DNA of 64,000 bases from Candidatus Latescibacterota bacterium (GCA_964291625.2 OZ220089.1:4608001-4672000), one strand, 5' to 3'. Counted from the stretch's first letter, positions 48,701 through 58,002 are shown. Program-made: numbers and translations. The notes: generated by a model not told the origin, from the sequence alone.

Positions 48701-48834
48701 CGGGCAGCGCCGACGCCCTCGCCGAAGAGGTAACCGACCTGATGGGGCAGACCCGGCGGCTCTTCGACCAGATCGTGGACGGAGTGCGAACCGAGTCGGC
48801 CCGCCGGACCGTGGAAAGGCCAGACCCCGCATGA
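45760..48834 (+). CDS. glnE: Glutamine synthetase adenylyltransferase/deadenylase
   Basis: Two nucleotidyltransferase domains (GKYGG.ELNFSSDIDL; GKAGG.ELDFASDLDL), VD.RLRP.G, WER, GGI.D.EF. Confidence 0.9.
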   Translation: MGDPLGLARAILRAEPGAAALLGESGFRDPASAARSLERLCRPAAEPPMPAGVLAAILASGRPGRALHGMERFVEASGARAELYRRLDASTPLREGLARILAHSSFLTDLLVRSPEHLHWLFEETPHLTGPLAAAELRARQQQSLRGLEGSAWEAALRRFHGRELLRIGTAEILGCKDVSQVGRELSELADVTVEAVLDHQARSLHRSHGRPSTERGRPSPFCVVGLGKYGGLELNFSSDIDLLFLYEEDGRVVDSRGVQGIANGVFFDRLAEGLIQVLTEVTPEGFLYRVDMRLRPEGERGPLTRSLRSYWIYYESRGELWERQMLIKARRAAGSSGLWRRFRDMLVPFVYPAHFTVSPSEEIRRIKERIEAEARNRPEGGNNIKLQPGGIRDIEFAVQCLQLLHGRRSERTRAAGTLPSIERLRQAGALSAGEARALGQAYRFLRRLENLLQIDSGRPTYTVPEDGSEPAEALRDRLQLGGRSLSSSVASHLSAVRGVYESVFGSARGPASDPGAEDPRWLLDAPAGSEGVRRSLEAAGFRQVETAHRLLRQLGGPPLTSSGLDNLKELLVPLLPQLAATPDPDGALLRFVGVIEAYGAPGAFYGMALAHPRFLAMLVTICGRSALLAGLLQRDPGLLDELVGLDFSGRMPRLERETRVDLSRLRRYRNNALLRIGTDDLLGLTPSEETFLRISDLADEVVSAVVDDALTAVARRRGRPHSGRRLDRDARFACFAGGKAGGRELDFASDLDLFFLYEGEGRTGRGVDNAEYFDAVVRQVIQVLGEGLFEVDARLRPEGRRAPVVISLPAYRKYLRTRASTWERLALSRARHIAGDRDLGRRVLRAVDAFVYGTPLTPGMVDEIAGIRRRMQPKAASGRGPVLDVKRGPGGIVDAEFIAQILLLHHGARQRDLRDTSTPVVLERLIAAGLLDGQEGGALLAAYERLRQLQKALRLGEGHSSHVLPADPAAAGILARAMGAGSADALAEEVTDLMGQTRRLFDQIVDGVRTESARRTVERPDPA

Positions 48835-49808
48835 CCCAGAGCCAACCCTCCAGCGCCGTCCATCGGCTGCTGCCTCCGGCGGCGGCGGCGGCCCGTATCC
48901 TCATGGGCCTGCTCTTCGTCGTGGCCGGGGCCGCCAAGTCCCTGGACCCCGTCGTGTTCTACTGGGAGGCGGTCTCCTACCTCGAGCTCGTCGACATCGG
49001 CAGGGAGGCATGGCCCCGGATCGGAACGATCGCCCTGGTCCTGGCTCCTCTCGAGGTTCTGGTGGGCGTCGCCCTCCTCATCGGCTGGCGCCCCCGCTTC
49101 ACCCTGCCCGCGGCCACTGGCCTGATGGTGTTGTTCCTGGCGGTCACCGGCCTGGCCTGGTACCAGCAGGCCAACATCGACTGCGGCTGTTTCGGCACTC
49201 TGATCAAGCGCACCCCGGGCGAGGCCTTCATCGAGGACGCCGTCATGCTGGGCCTGCTGCTGGCGGCCTGGCGCTGGGGGACGGAGCGCTGGTCGGCCGC
49301 CGCGTGGAGAGGTTCCACGTCCCTGGTCCTCGGGGCGGGGGCCTTGGTGGGGGCCGTGGTGTTGCTCAAGTTCGCCCCCGAGTCCGACCGGGTGGCCAGC
49401 TCCGACCTCAAGCCCGGCGTGAGGCTCACCGGGATCGAGCTCACCGGCGCCGAGGGGATCGACCTGAGTGAGGGGCGCTACCTGGTGGAGCTGTTCAGCC
49501 CTCGGTGCGGCCGATGCAAGAGTGCCGTGCCCAAGCTCAACCACTGGGCCGACACCCCCGGGGTGCCCACGATCGTAGCCCTGAACGAGTACCCCCCGGA
49601 GGACGACTCACTGAAGGACTTCATCCGCCAGACGCGTCCGCGGTTCGAGGTCGCCTCCATCTCCAGCTCCGACTGGATGCGCCTCACCTGGCGCCACGGC
49701 TGGCCGCGTCTGGCCTACGTCGAGGATGGCGTCATCCAGCGTGTCTGGGAGTACGACCAGATGCCGTCGGCAGCCCAGTTGGCCCGCCTGGGCGGGGGTG
49801 GAGAATGA
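48831..49808 (+). CDS. MauE/DoxX membrane protein with C-terminal thioredoxin-like domain
   Basis: TM helices, DCGCFG, later SPRCGRC and WP; ATGA overlap with glnE. Confidence 0.78.
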   Translation: MTQSQPSSAVHRLLPPAAAAARILMGLLFVVAGAAKSLDPVVFYWEAVSYLELVDIGREAWPRIGTIALVLAPLEVLVGVALLIGWRPRFTLPAATGLMVLFLAVTGLAWYQQANIDCGCFGTLIKRTPGEAFIEDAVMLGLLLAAWRWGTERWSAAAWRGSTSLVLGAGALVGAVVLLKFAPESDRVASSDLKPGVRLTGIELTGAEGIDLSEGRYLVELFSPRCGRCKSAVPKLNHWADTPGVPTIVALNEYPPEDDSLKDFIRQTRPRFEVASISSSDWMRLTWRHGWPRLAYVEDGVIQRVWEYDQMPSAAQLARLGGGGE

Positions 49809-49866
49809 GCCGGCCTGAATGGCGCGAGTTCCGAGTGACCTTGGACGGACGACCGGGAGAGCTGAG

Positions 49867-51152
49867 ATGACGACGACGGCGGTGCAACTGGCGGTTCACG
49901 GAGGCCCGAGGACGCTGACGGCCGACGTGGGAGACCTCTTCACGTGGCCCATCGTCACGGAAGAGGACGAAGCGGCGGTCCTGGAGGTCCTGCGCCGGGG
50001 GGCGATGTCGGGGACCGATGTGACCCACCTCTTCGAGGCGGAGCTGGCCGACTGGTTCGCGGCGGAGCACGTCCTGTGTCACAACACCGGGACCTCCGCC
50101 ATCCACGCCGCCCTGTGGGCCGCTGGCGTGGGCCGGGGCGACGAGGTCATCAGCCAGAGCATGACCTTCTGGGGCTCGAGCCTGCAGCTCTACTCCCTCG
50201 GCGCGACCGTCGTCTTCGCCGAGATGGACCCTCTCACCCTCACCCTCGACCCGGACGACATCGAGCACCGGATCACCGAGCGCACCAAGGCGATCCTGCC
50301 CGTCCACTACTGCGGGCACCCCACCGACATGGACCCCATCCTGGAAATCGCCCGAAAGCACGGCCTCCGGGTCGTGGAGGATGTGTCCCATGCCCAGGGA
50401 GGGCTTTACAAGGGGCGGCTCCTGGGGACGATCGGCGACGTGGGAGCCATGTCGATCATGTCCGGCAAGTCCCTGGCCTGCGGCGAGGGGGGTTCCTGGT
50501 CACCGACGACGAGGAGATCTACGAGAGGGCCGCCGCCTTCGGCCACTACGAACGCACCTCGCGGCTGGGGCATCCGGAGCTGAAGCCGCTGGCCGGCCTG
50601 CCCCTCGGCGGCTGCAAGTACCGCATGCACCAGTTGTCCTCCGCCGTGGGCCGCGTCCAGCTCCGGCACTACCGAGACCGCATCGAGATCATCCAGGAGG
50701 CGATGAACCACTTCTGGGACCGTCTCGAGGGAACCCCGGGGATCCGCCCCCACCGCCCGGCCGTCGGCTCCGGCAGCACCATGGGCGGCTGGTACGCCGC
50801 AAGGGGTCTCTACCTTCCCGAGGAACTCGGGGGTCTTCCGGTGGCCGCCTTCTGCAAGGCGGTGAGCGCCGAGATCGAGGGGGGCGGATTCAGCGTCTCA
50901 CCAGGAGCCAACATCCTGCTGCACCTGCATCCCGTGCTCAACGAGGCCGACGTGTACGGCGACGGCAAGCCGACACGGATCGCCTTTGCCGACCGCGACC
51001 TGCGCCAGCCGCAAGGGAGCCTGCCGGTGACCGAGAGCCTGCCCGCCCGCTGCTACTCCATCCCCTGGTTCAAGCACAACCGGACCGAGGTGATCGATCA
51101 GTTCGCCGACGCCTTCCGCAAGGTCGCCGAGAACGCGGACCAGTTGGCGTGA
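49867..51152 (+). CDS. DegT/DnrJ/EryC1/StrS PLP aminotransferase with an apparent frameshift in the G run at 50487-50492
   Basis: GVG.GDEVI, TKAILPVH, EDVSHA.G, S..SGK...GEGG| then FLVTDD...KYRM in the shifted frame. Confidence 0.85.
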
Positions 51153-51976
51153 CCGGGGCGAAGGACGGTCCCCTCGGCGCCCGCCTCTTCGGGTACGGGA
51201 TCCTCTACCGCGCCCGCCTGAGGGGCGAGGACGCCTCCGCCGCCTGCGATCCGCTGCCCGCGGACCCGGTCGAAGAAGCACGGGCCCTGGCCGATGAGTT
51301 GCGCTGCCACCTGGAGGGTGGTACCTCCGGCACGGGCGAGACCCAGGACGAAGTCGGCCTCTCCGTGCCCTTCGGACGCTGTGGCATCGACGGCCGTCCT
51401 CTCGAGCACGTCCGCCTGTACCACGCGGCCCGGGCCTTCGTCGACGTCCTGACCCCGCGGGCGGCGGCTTCCCGGCCGGTAGAGGAGGGCCGTGCGGTTC
51501 TCGTCTCCCCCGGGTCGGTGGTGCGCTTCCGCGCCGTTCCGCGGCCCGGACACCGCGTGCTGGTGGCATTCCAGACCGAGGACCGCACACCGCTCCACGG
51601 GCATGCGGCGCCGCTGACGAGAGCGGGGGAGCCGCCTCCCGCAGCGGCGGAGGAGCGCCTGCGCCGAACCACCGAGGCCTTCGCGGAGCTGTGGAAGTCG
51701 GACCGGCGATCCGGCCTCGAGTCCTTCTTCAGCGGGATGGCCGCGGCCGTCGCGGAAGACCCCCGGGTCGAGGCCGCGCGCCAGGCCGCGCGGGCCTCCG
51801 GCAGCTACGGGGCGGGCGCCGATCCGGCCCTCTTCGATCGCGCCCAGGCTCTGCTGACCCCCGGCGTCCTGGAGCGGATCGCCGGCGGGGAGGAACCGCT
51901 GTTCCGGTTTCCCGGCATGTTCGGCGCCGTGGCGCCCTTGTTTCCGCTCCTCGACGGAGGGGTTGGCGGCCCCTGA
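51149..51976 (+). CDS. Hypothetical protein, possibly cupin-like
   Basis: GTGA-coupled to the DegT stop; beta-rich HVRLYH...VLVSPGSVVRF segment. Confidence 0.5.
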   Translation: MTGAKDGPLGARLFGYGILYRARLRGEDASAACDPLPADPVEEARALADELRCHLEGGTSGTGETQDEVGLSVPFGRCGIDGRPLEHVRLYHAARAFVDVLTPRAAASRPVEEGRAVLVSPGSVVRFRAVPRPGHRVLVAFQTEDRTPLHGHAAPLTRAGEPPPAAAEERLRRTTEAFAELWKSDRRSGLESFFSGMAAAVAEDPRVEAARQAARASGSYGAGADPALFDRAQALLTPGVLERIAGGEEPLFRFPGMFGAVAPLFPLLDGGVGGP

Positions 51977-51992
51977 AGGAAAGAGGCATGAG

Positions 51993-52715
51993 ATGGCACA
52001 GGGACTGAAGGACAAGATCCGCTCCGGGCAGCGGACCATCGGGTTCAGCGCTCCGGTGACGGCTACCGTCGAGCAGCTGACGCGGGCCCGGGAGGAACAC
52101 GGTCCGTACGACTTCGTGGCCACGGACAGCCAGCACTCCCCCTTGAGCGAGCCCGCCCTCGTCGAGTTCTGCGACCGCGCCGACGAGGCCGGCCTCCCCG
52201 TGCGCCTGCGCATCAAGCACACGAGCCACACCTGCCTGATCGGCAACCTCCTCGACCTCGGGCCCACCGGCATCGAGGTGCCCCAGGTAGAGAGCCTGGA
52301 GACGGCGCGCGAGGCCGAGGAGAGCATGTACTACCCGCCGCGAGGCAGGCGCAGCGTCGGGGGCGGGGCCCGCCGCCGGGTGCAGGACTTCGCCGACAGT
52401 CGGGAGTACGCGGACTGGTGGAACGAGAACGGCGTCCTCTGGCTCCAGATCGAATCCCTGAATGCCGTCCTCCACGCCCACAGCTTCGCCCTGCCCGGCG
52501 TCGACTGCTTCTCCTTCGGGCCCACGGACCTGACTTTCGACATCGAGACCCATCCCAACCCCCCGTACCGCCGGCTGGAGGACTGCGTGGAGGCGGTGGC
52601 GCGCAGCGTCGAGGGCTCGCAGACGGCGCTGTGCTACCGCAACGGCACCCCCGACACCCGCCGGCACTGGGCCGATCTGGGGGTATCGGTCTTCCTCGAG
52701 CGGTCCCCGGTCTGA
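51993..52715 (+). CDS. HpcH/HpaI aldolase family protein
   Basis: DSQHSP, LDLG..GI.VPQV, YPPRG.RS, QIES, GPTDL. Confidence 0.85.
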   Translation: MAQGLKDKIRSGQRTIGFSAPVTATVEQLTRAREEHGPYDFVATDSQHSPLSEPALVEFCDRADEAGLPVRLRIKHTSHTCLIGNLLDLGPTGIEVPQVESLETAREAEESMYYPPRGRRSVGGGARRRVQDFADSREYADWWNENGVLWLQIESLNAVLHAHSFALPGVDCFSFGPTDLTFDIETHPNPPYRRLEDCVEAVARSVEGSQTALCYRNGTPDTRRHWADLGVSVFLERSPV

Positions 52716-52746
52716 GGGCCCTTGCCCGAGCATGGGGAGAGCTGTC

Positions 52747-53379
52747 ATGACCCGTCGTCACCGGAGTCTCCTCGCCGCGGCGCTGGCATGTTGCGCCGGT
52801 TCGGCCGTCCCTTCGCAGTCGGACGTGGGGGCCTTCATCGCCGTCGTCGAGTTCGACGACGCGGCGAACCTGCAGACGGCCCCGGGATTCGGTCTGCGCT
52901 GGGGGCGGTCGAGCGGGACCCTTGGCGCCGAGACCTCCCTGATGGTCTCACGCCCCGACCGCAAGGTGGCGACGGGTCTCTTCAGCACCAGCGAGTCGGC
53001 CACGGCCATCTTCTACGAAGGGCGGCTCTTACTCAACCTGCCGGCGGGCACGATCCGGCCCTTCCTCAGCGCCGGGTACGGAGCGGTCACCATCCTGCCC
53101 GGAGATCTCGAGAGTCCCCTTGCCAGCGAAGACGACCGGCAGACGCTGGCGTCGCTCTCGGAGATCGAGACCAGCCACGCCTTCTCGTACGGAGTCGGAA
53201 CTCGCTGGTCTCTCGACGATCGCCTCGACATCCGCCTCGATCTGCGCCAGTACCAGGTGTTCTCCGTCACCGGTGCCGTGGTGGAGAGGGTGGCGGGGGA
53301 GGCCGCCGGCGCCCTCGTGCAGCGGCAGGGCCGGGTCACCAACGGAGAGTTGTCGGCGGGCATCCTGTTCCGCTTGTGA
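52747..53379 (+). CDS. Outer-membrane beta-barrel protein (small, 8-strand-like)
   Basis: Signal peptide, RPFLSAGYG, YGVG, IRLDLRQY, terminal GILFRL. Confidence 0.7.
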   Translation: MTRRHRSLLAAALACCAGSAVPSQSDVGAFIAVVEFDDAANLQTAPGFGLRWGRSSGTLGAETSLMVSRPDRKVATGLFSTSESATAIFYEGRLLLNLPAGTIRPFLSAGYGAVTILPGDLESPLASEDDRQTLASLSEIETSHAFSYGVGTRWSLDDRLDIRLDLRQYQVFSVTGAVVERVAGEAAGALVQRQGRVTNGELSAGILFRL

Positions 53380-53433
53380 CCGCGCCGGCGTGCACCGAGG
53401 GCAGGCCTGGCACGGGATGACACGGAGGCTCAG

Positions 53434-54066
53434 ATGAAGAAGCGATCAGGAGGGCTGGCGCAGTGCGTCGTGTGGGCGGCCTGGCTGGCCGCCGCCTGCG
53501 GCCAGAACTACAGCGACAAGCCGGCCGCCGAGGCCCTGGCGGAGAGGAACCTGACCCCCCTCGAGGAGCTGCCCTCCGCCTCTCCTCCGGAGGCGGGAGA
53601 GTCGCCGGTCCAGACCCTGGACGGCGGGGTGACGATCCGGGTCCCGGAGTCCTGGCAGCGGGTGCCGCCGAGCAGTTCAATGCGAATCGCGGAGTACGCC
53701 GCTCCTTTCCCCGAGGGAGGCGAGGGGGCGACCCTGGCGGTCTTCAAGGGGAACATGGGCACCGTCGACGCCAACGTGCGGCGCTGGTTCGGCCAGTTCA
53801 GCCAGCCCGACGGCAGCCCCGCCCGGGGCCGAAGCTGGACCGTGGAGACCGAGGGCGGACTGCGGGCGACGATGGTGGACGTGAGCGGCACCTTCCGCGA
53901 CGGCATGGGCATGGGCGATGCCCCTGTCCGCGAGGGATACCGCATGCTCGGCGCCATCCTCGGGGCCGGAGGCACCACCTGGTATCTCAAGTTCACCGGG
54001 CCCGCCGGGGCCGTGTCGGCCCACGAGGAGGGATTCGACAGCCTGGTGCGCAGCATGAGGAACTGA
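53434..54066 (+). CDS. Hypothetical lipoprotein
   Basis: GGAGG RBS, lipobox LAAAC, VP..W, NVRRW.GQF, WYLKFTGP. Confidence 0.7.
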   Translation: MKKRSGGLAQCVVWAAWLAAACGQNYSDKPAAEALAERNLTPLEELPSASPPEAGESPVQTLDGGVTIRVPESWQRVPPSSSMRIAEYAAPFPEGGEGATLAVFKGNMGTVDANVRRWFGQFSQPDGSPARGRSWTVETEGGLRATMVDVSGTFRDGMGMGDAPVREGYRMLGAILGAGGTTWYLKFTGPAGAVSAHEEGFDSLVRSMRN

Positions 54067-54068
54067 TC

Positions 54069-54917
54069 ATGGACGGGTACACGCATCTGGAGGACGAGTT
54101 CGGCGATGTCGTCGGCAAGGCCCGCCGCGGCCAGGAACGGTCCGTGCAGGAGGTGGCGGAGAGGACGGGGATCGCCGCCGCGGACCTCGAGCGCCTCGAG
54201 GTCTGCGAGTGGATTCCCGACGGGAGGGTCGTGGAGAGACTCGCCGACGCCCTCTCCCTCCACGGCGGCAGGCTGCGGGCCAGCGCCGAGGCCGCCTACT
54301 TTCCCGCCAATCCCCTGGGCGTGCCGGGGGAGGCCCTCGACGTGAGGATGCTGATACTCGGCGACGACTTCCTGATGAACGGCTACGTCGCCGCCTGCCG
54401 CCGCACCGGCGAGGCGGCCATCGTCGATCCCGGGTTCCAGGGGGACCGGCTGCTGGCGGCGGCGGCGCAGTCGGGGGCGCGGGTGAGGCAGGTCTGGCTC
54501 ACCCACGGCCATGCCGATCACGTGGGCGATCTGCCCCTCGTCCTCGGCGCCACGGGCGCCAGCGCCGCCATCGGCGCGGAGGACCTCGCCCTCACCGGGG
54601 GCCTGGCAGCAAGGATCGAGGGGCGACTGGAGCCGGGGGGCCGCGTCGCTCTCGGCGAGCAGAGCTTCACCGTGGCGCGCACACCGGGGCACACCCCCGG
54701 CGGCGTGTCGCTGATCCACGAGCAGGCCGCCTTCGTCGGCGACGCCCTCTTCGCCGGGTCTCTCGGCGGGACCCGGCGGCGGGTGGACTACGACGGGCAG
54801 CGCCGGGCGGTGCGGCGCGAGCTGCTGTCGCTGCCGCCAGAGACCATCCTCTACCCCGGGCACGGTCCGGCGACCACCGTGGAAGAGGAACGGCGGAACA
54901 ACCCGTTCTTCGACTAG
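54069..54917 (+). CDS. MBL-fold metallo-hydrolase (glyoxalase II-like) with N-terminal XRE-type HTH
   Basis: LEDEFGD..GKARRG...VA..TGI helix-turn-helix; THGHADH, PGHT, GDALF, PGHG, NPF. Confidence 0.85.
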   Translation: MDGYTHLEDEFGDVVGKARRGQERSVQEVAERTGIAAADLERLEVCEWIPDGRVVERLADALSLHGGRLRASAEAAYFPANPLGVPGEALDVRMLILGDDFLMNGYVAACRRTGEAAIVDPGFQGDRLLAAAAQSGARVRQVWLTHGHADHVGDLPLVLGATGASAAIGAEDLALTGGLAARIEGRLEPGGRVALGEQSFTVARTPGHTPGGVSLIHEQAAFVGDALFAGSLGGTRRRVDYDGQRRAVRRELLSLPPETILYPGHGPATTVEEERRNNPFFD

Positions 54918-55726
54918 CCCCCGCCCGGCGGCTGGCGGTTCAGCCTCCAGTCGTACTCCACGAAGTCGATGGGGACCTCCCCGGCCGAACGCAGGGTCCG
55001 GGCCTGCTCCCGGGGCAGGTAGAGGAGCAGGTAGTCGAGGAGGGTGGGGTCCGAAGGCGGGTCTTTCAGACGATGGCGAGGGAACCACTCCACGAAGTCC
55101 GCTCCGTACCAGTCCATGATGCTCGACAGGCGGAGACGGCCATCTTCCAGCTTCAGGTGCGCCGGATCCAGGGCGAAGCGTCGAGTCTGGCGTTCCAGGT
55201 GCTCGTCGAGATCCGCGGCGGCGTAGGCCCGGGAATCCAGGGCGGGGCAGCTCACGGCGGCGCAGTTGACGGCGAAGTGGATGCGCGGATCCCGGTAGCG
55301 GGGCCGGATGATGGTGTGCTCGATCTCGTCGAGGCTCAGGGAATCCCCGCCGGCGACGAACCGGCGGACCCGGAAGAAACCCTCGAGCCCGCCCTCGGCC
55401 TCCTCGACGCTGTCGATGGGGAGGGAATCGAGGACACCGCGCAGCACGAAGGCGTTGTAGGCGTTGATCCAGTAGGCGAGAGCGTCCGCCTCGGAGGGGA
55501 AACGCTCGGGGCCGCTCTCCGGGCTGCAGGCGGCGAGAGCTGCGAGGTAGCGGTCGAGGCGGTGAGGGTTCCGGGCCAGGCCGGAATAGTCGACCCGGCC
55601 GCGGTCGTCGACCCGGTCCGCCAGCAGGCTGTCCAGCAGGCCATGCGAAAAGGGCTCGACGTCGGCTCGGGCCGGGATGGCCAGGAGCAGCAGTCCGGCC
55701 ACGGTGCGGGCACCTGCGTATGTCAT
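54914..55726 (-). CDS. DUF547 domain protein (secreted)
   Basis: G.VDY, AYWINAYNA, SLDEIEH, DPRIHFAVNCAA.SCP, YDW.LN. Confidence 0.9.
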   Translation of the reverse strand: MTYAGARTVAGLLLLAIPARADVEPFSHGLLDSLLADRVDDRGRVDYSGLARNPHRLDRYLAALAACSPESGPERFPSEADALAYWINAYNAFVLRGVLDSLPIDSVEEAEGGLEGFFRVRRFVAGGDSLSLDEIEHTIIRPRYRDPRIHFAVNCAAVSCPALDSRAYAAADLDEHLERQTRRFALDPAHLKLEDGRLRLSSIMDWYGADFVEWFPRHRLKDPPSDPTLLDYLLLYLPREQARTLRSAGEVPIDFVEYDWRLNRQPPGGG

Positions 55727-55815
55727 GGGCGGAATCCCCTCCGGAGGCGGTGTCGGCGGCCCGTCAACAGCCGCCAAGGATCGGTCAGGGGGCGGCCGAG
55801 CGCCATCCTCCACCC

Positions 55816-58002
55816 ATGACGCCGAGCGCGTCGATTCGGTTGCGCGGGGTCCGCGAAGCCACGCTGGCCGGGGCGGACGTGACGATCCCCCTGGGCCGGA
55901 TCGTCTGTCTCTCGGGAGCCATGGGCGCAGGCGTGGAGGCCCTGGCCCACCGGGTCCTGCTGGCCGAGAGCCGGCGTCGCTACCTGTTGTCCATGTCTCC
56001 CTTCGAGCGGGCGCGACTCGGCGGTGTCGGGGTGGCCGCGGCGGTCGACGATATCGAGGGACTGCCGCCTGCCCAGGCCCTGCCCGCCCCGGCAGGCGAG
56101 CAGACCGTGGGTACGCGGTTGCACCTGCCCGGCGATCTCTCCAGGCTCGTCCGCGGCCTCTCGGAGATCCGCTGCACCGGCTGCGGAGGCCGCTGCGCCT
56201 CCCTGGACGAAGAGGGGGTCGCCGGCCTGCTGGAGGAGTGTTTCCCCGGCCAGACGGTCTGGTTCGTGGCGCCGGTGGAGCTGGAGGACGCCGCAGCCCG
56301 GCCCGGGGTTATCGACGAGCTGGCCCGCGCCGGGTTCCGCCGTCTGCGCATCGGGACCCGTCTCCACCGACTCGACGAGGTCGACGAGCAAACCCTCCCG
56401 GGGGGGGGCCTCGAGGTCGTCGTCGATCGCCTCGCGCCCGGGGCGGCGCGGACCCGGGCCCGCGTGGGGGAGGCGGTGCGCAACGCCCGGGCCCTCGCCG
56501 GCGGCGCGAGTCTGCTCGTCGGCGAGGAGGACGGCCTGGAGGTCTGGACGGGGACGCGCCTGACCTGCGGACGCTGCGGAGCCGAGTCCGAGGAGCCGGA
56601 CTGGGAGCGGGTGATCGGCGGGGAGGAGGACGGCCGCCAGCCCATCGAGCTGAAGGGCCGGCCCCTCGGCGACTGGGCCCGGGAGGCGCGGCTCCGGCAG
56701 GTGGCCGATCTGGCGGAGGAGGCGGAGCCGAGCTGGCCCGAGCCGGCCGGCCGCCTGTTGCGAGCCCTTGCAGGGGCCGTCGATCTCGGACTGGAAGAGC
56801 TTCCCCTGGCCAGGCCCGTGGCCGACCTGTCCCACGGGGAGCAGCTGCTCCTGGGACTGGCCGCCGCCCTTGCCGATGGCCTGAGCGGCATCCTGCATGT
56901 GGTGCTGTCCCCGCCTTCCGCCGTCGATCCGTCGACGCGCGACAGGGCGGTCTGCGGGCTACGCCGTCTCGTGGAGCGCGGAAACTCGGTGGTGGTCGTC
57001 GATGGCCATCCAACCGCGGGCGAGTGGGCCGACGAGGTGATCCACATCGGTCCCGTGCCCTCGGGTCCGGCCGCGGCGGTCCGGGGGGCCGTCCGCCCGC
57101 CCGCCGCCCATGGGGCACTGGATCTGGTGGTGGAGGAGGCGCCCTCCGGGTGCGATCCGGGTCCGGTGCCGCCGGGGCCGGAGCTGTGCCTCCCTCTGGG
57201 TCGGCTGGCGCTGCTCGCCGGCCCCACCGGCTCGGGAAAGACCGCCCTCCTTCGCCTGATCGGCAGGGCCCTGTCTCCCGGGCGGGGTGTCCCGGTGCGG
57301 CCGGTTCGGGCGCCGGCGGTGCGGCGCTGCGTCGACATCGGCGCCGAGGCTCGCTCGCCGGCGGGGGAGCAGGCCGTGCTCATGGACCGGCTCGGTGCCA
57401 TGCGCCCCCTGGCGCGGCTGCTGGCCCGGGGGCCGGCGGCCAGGGAGCTCGGTCTCGAGCCCCGGAGCTTTCTCCTCCATCGGCCGGGCGGCCGCTGCAG
57501 CCACTGCGAGGGGGCCGGCGTGGTGCGGCACCGGCTGGAGGTGATGGAGGACTTCGCCGCCACCTGCCCCCGTTGCGAGGGCCGGCGTTTCGGCGAAGAG
57601 GTCCTTCAGGTCACCGGGCGAGGCGTGAACGTGGCGGAGGTCCTGGCCATGACCGTCGAGGAGGGCGCCGCCCACTTCAGGAGGGAGCGCGGCGTGCACG
57701 ACCCCCTCGCGGCGGCGGTACGCAACGGTCTGGCCGGGCGCCGGCTGGGGGAGGGGGTCGACGGGCTCGAAGAGGCGGAGCGTCTGCTGGCCCGGCTCGC
57801 CTGCCACGCGGTGAGGGCGCGGGAGGACGAGCTGCTCCTGTTCGATCGTCCCTCGGCGGGTTGCCGGCCGGAGACGGCGGCGAGGGTTGCCGAGGCCTTG
57901 CTGGCCATCGCCTCCCGAGGGGTCAGCATCCTGGTGGCCGATGCCTCGGGGGATCTCGAGGCCGTGGCGGACTCCGTGGCAAGGCTCCCGGGGGCTCCTT
58001 GA
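55816..58002 (+). CDS. Degenerate UvrA-like protein
   Basis: UvrA layout (AESRRRY, VDDIEGL.PA, VVVDRL, GGRC..CEG.G, CP.CEGRRF, VL.MTV.E) with eroded ABC motifs. Confidence 0.78.
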   Translation: MTPSASIRLRGVREATLAGADVTIPLGRIVCLSGAMGAGVEALAHRVLLAESRRRYLLSMSPFERARLGGVGVAAAVDDIEGLPPAQALPAPAGEQTVGTRLHLPGDLSRLVRGLSEIRCTGCGGRCASLDEEGVAGLLEECFPGQTVWFVAPVELEDAAARPGVIDELARAGFRRLRIGTRLHRLDEVDEQTLPGGGLEVVVDRLAPGAARTRARVGEAVRNARALAGGASLLVGEEDGLEVWTGTRLTCGRCGAESEEPDWERVIGGEEDGRQPIELKGRPLGDWAREARLRQVADLAEEAEPSWPEPAGRLLRALAGAVDLGLEELPLARPVADLSHGEQLLLGLAAALADGLSGILHVVLSPPSAVDPSTRDRAVCGLRRLVERGNSVVVVDGHPTAGEWADEVIHIGPVPSGPAAAVRGAVRPPAAHGALDLVVEEAPSGCDPGPVPPGPELCLPLGRLALLAGPTGSGKTALLRLIGRALSPGRGVPVRPVRAPAVRRCVDIGAEARSPAGEQAVLMDRLGAMRPLARLLARGPAARELGLEPRSFLLHRPGGRCSHCEGAGVVRHRLEVMEDFAATCPRCEGRRFGEEVLQVTGRGVNVAEVLAMTVEEGAAHFRRERGVHDPLAAAVRNGLAGRRLGEGVDGLEEAERLLARLACHAVRAREDELLLFDRPSAGCRPETAARVAEALLAIASRGVSILVADASGDLEAVADSVARLPGAP

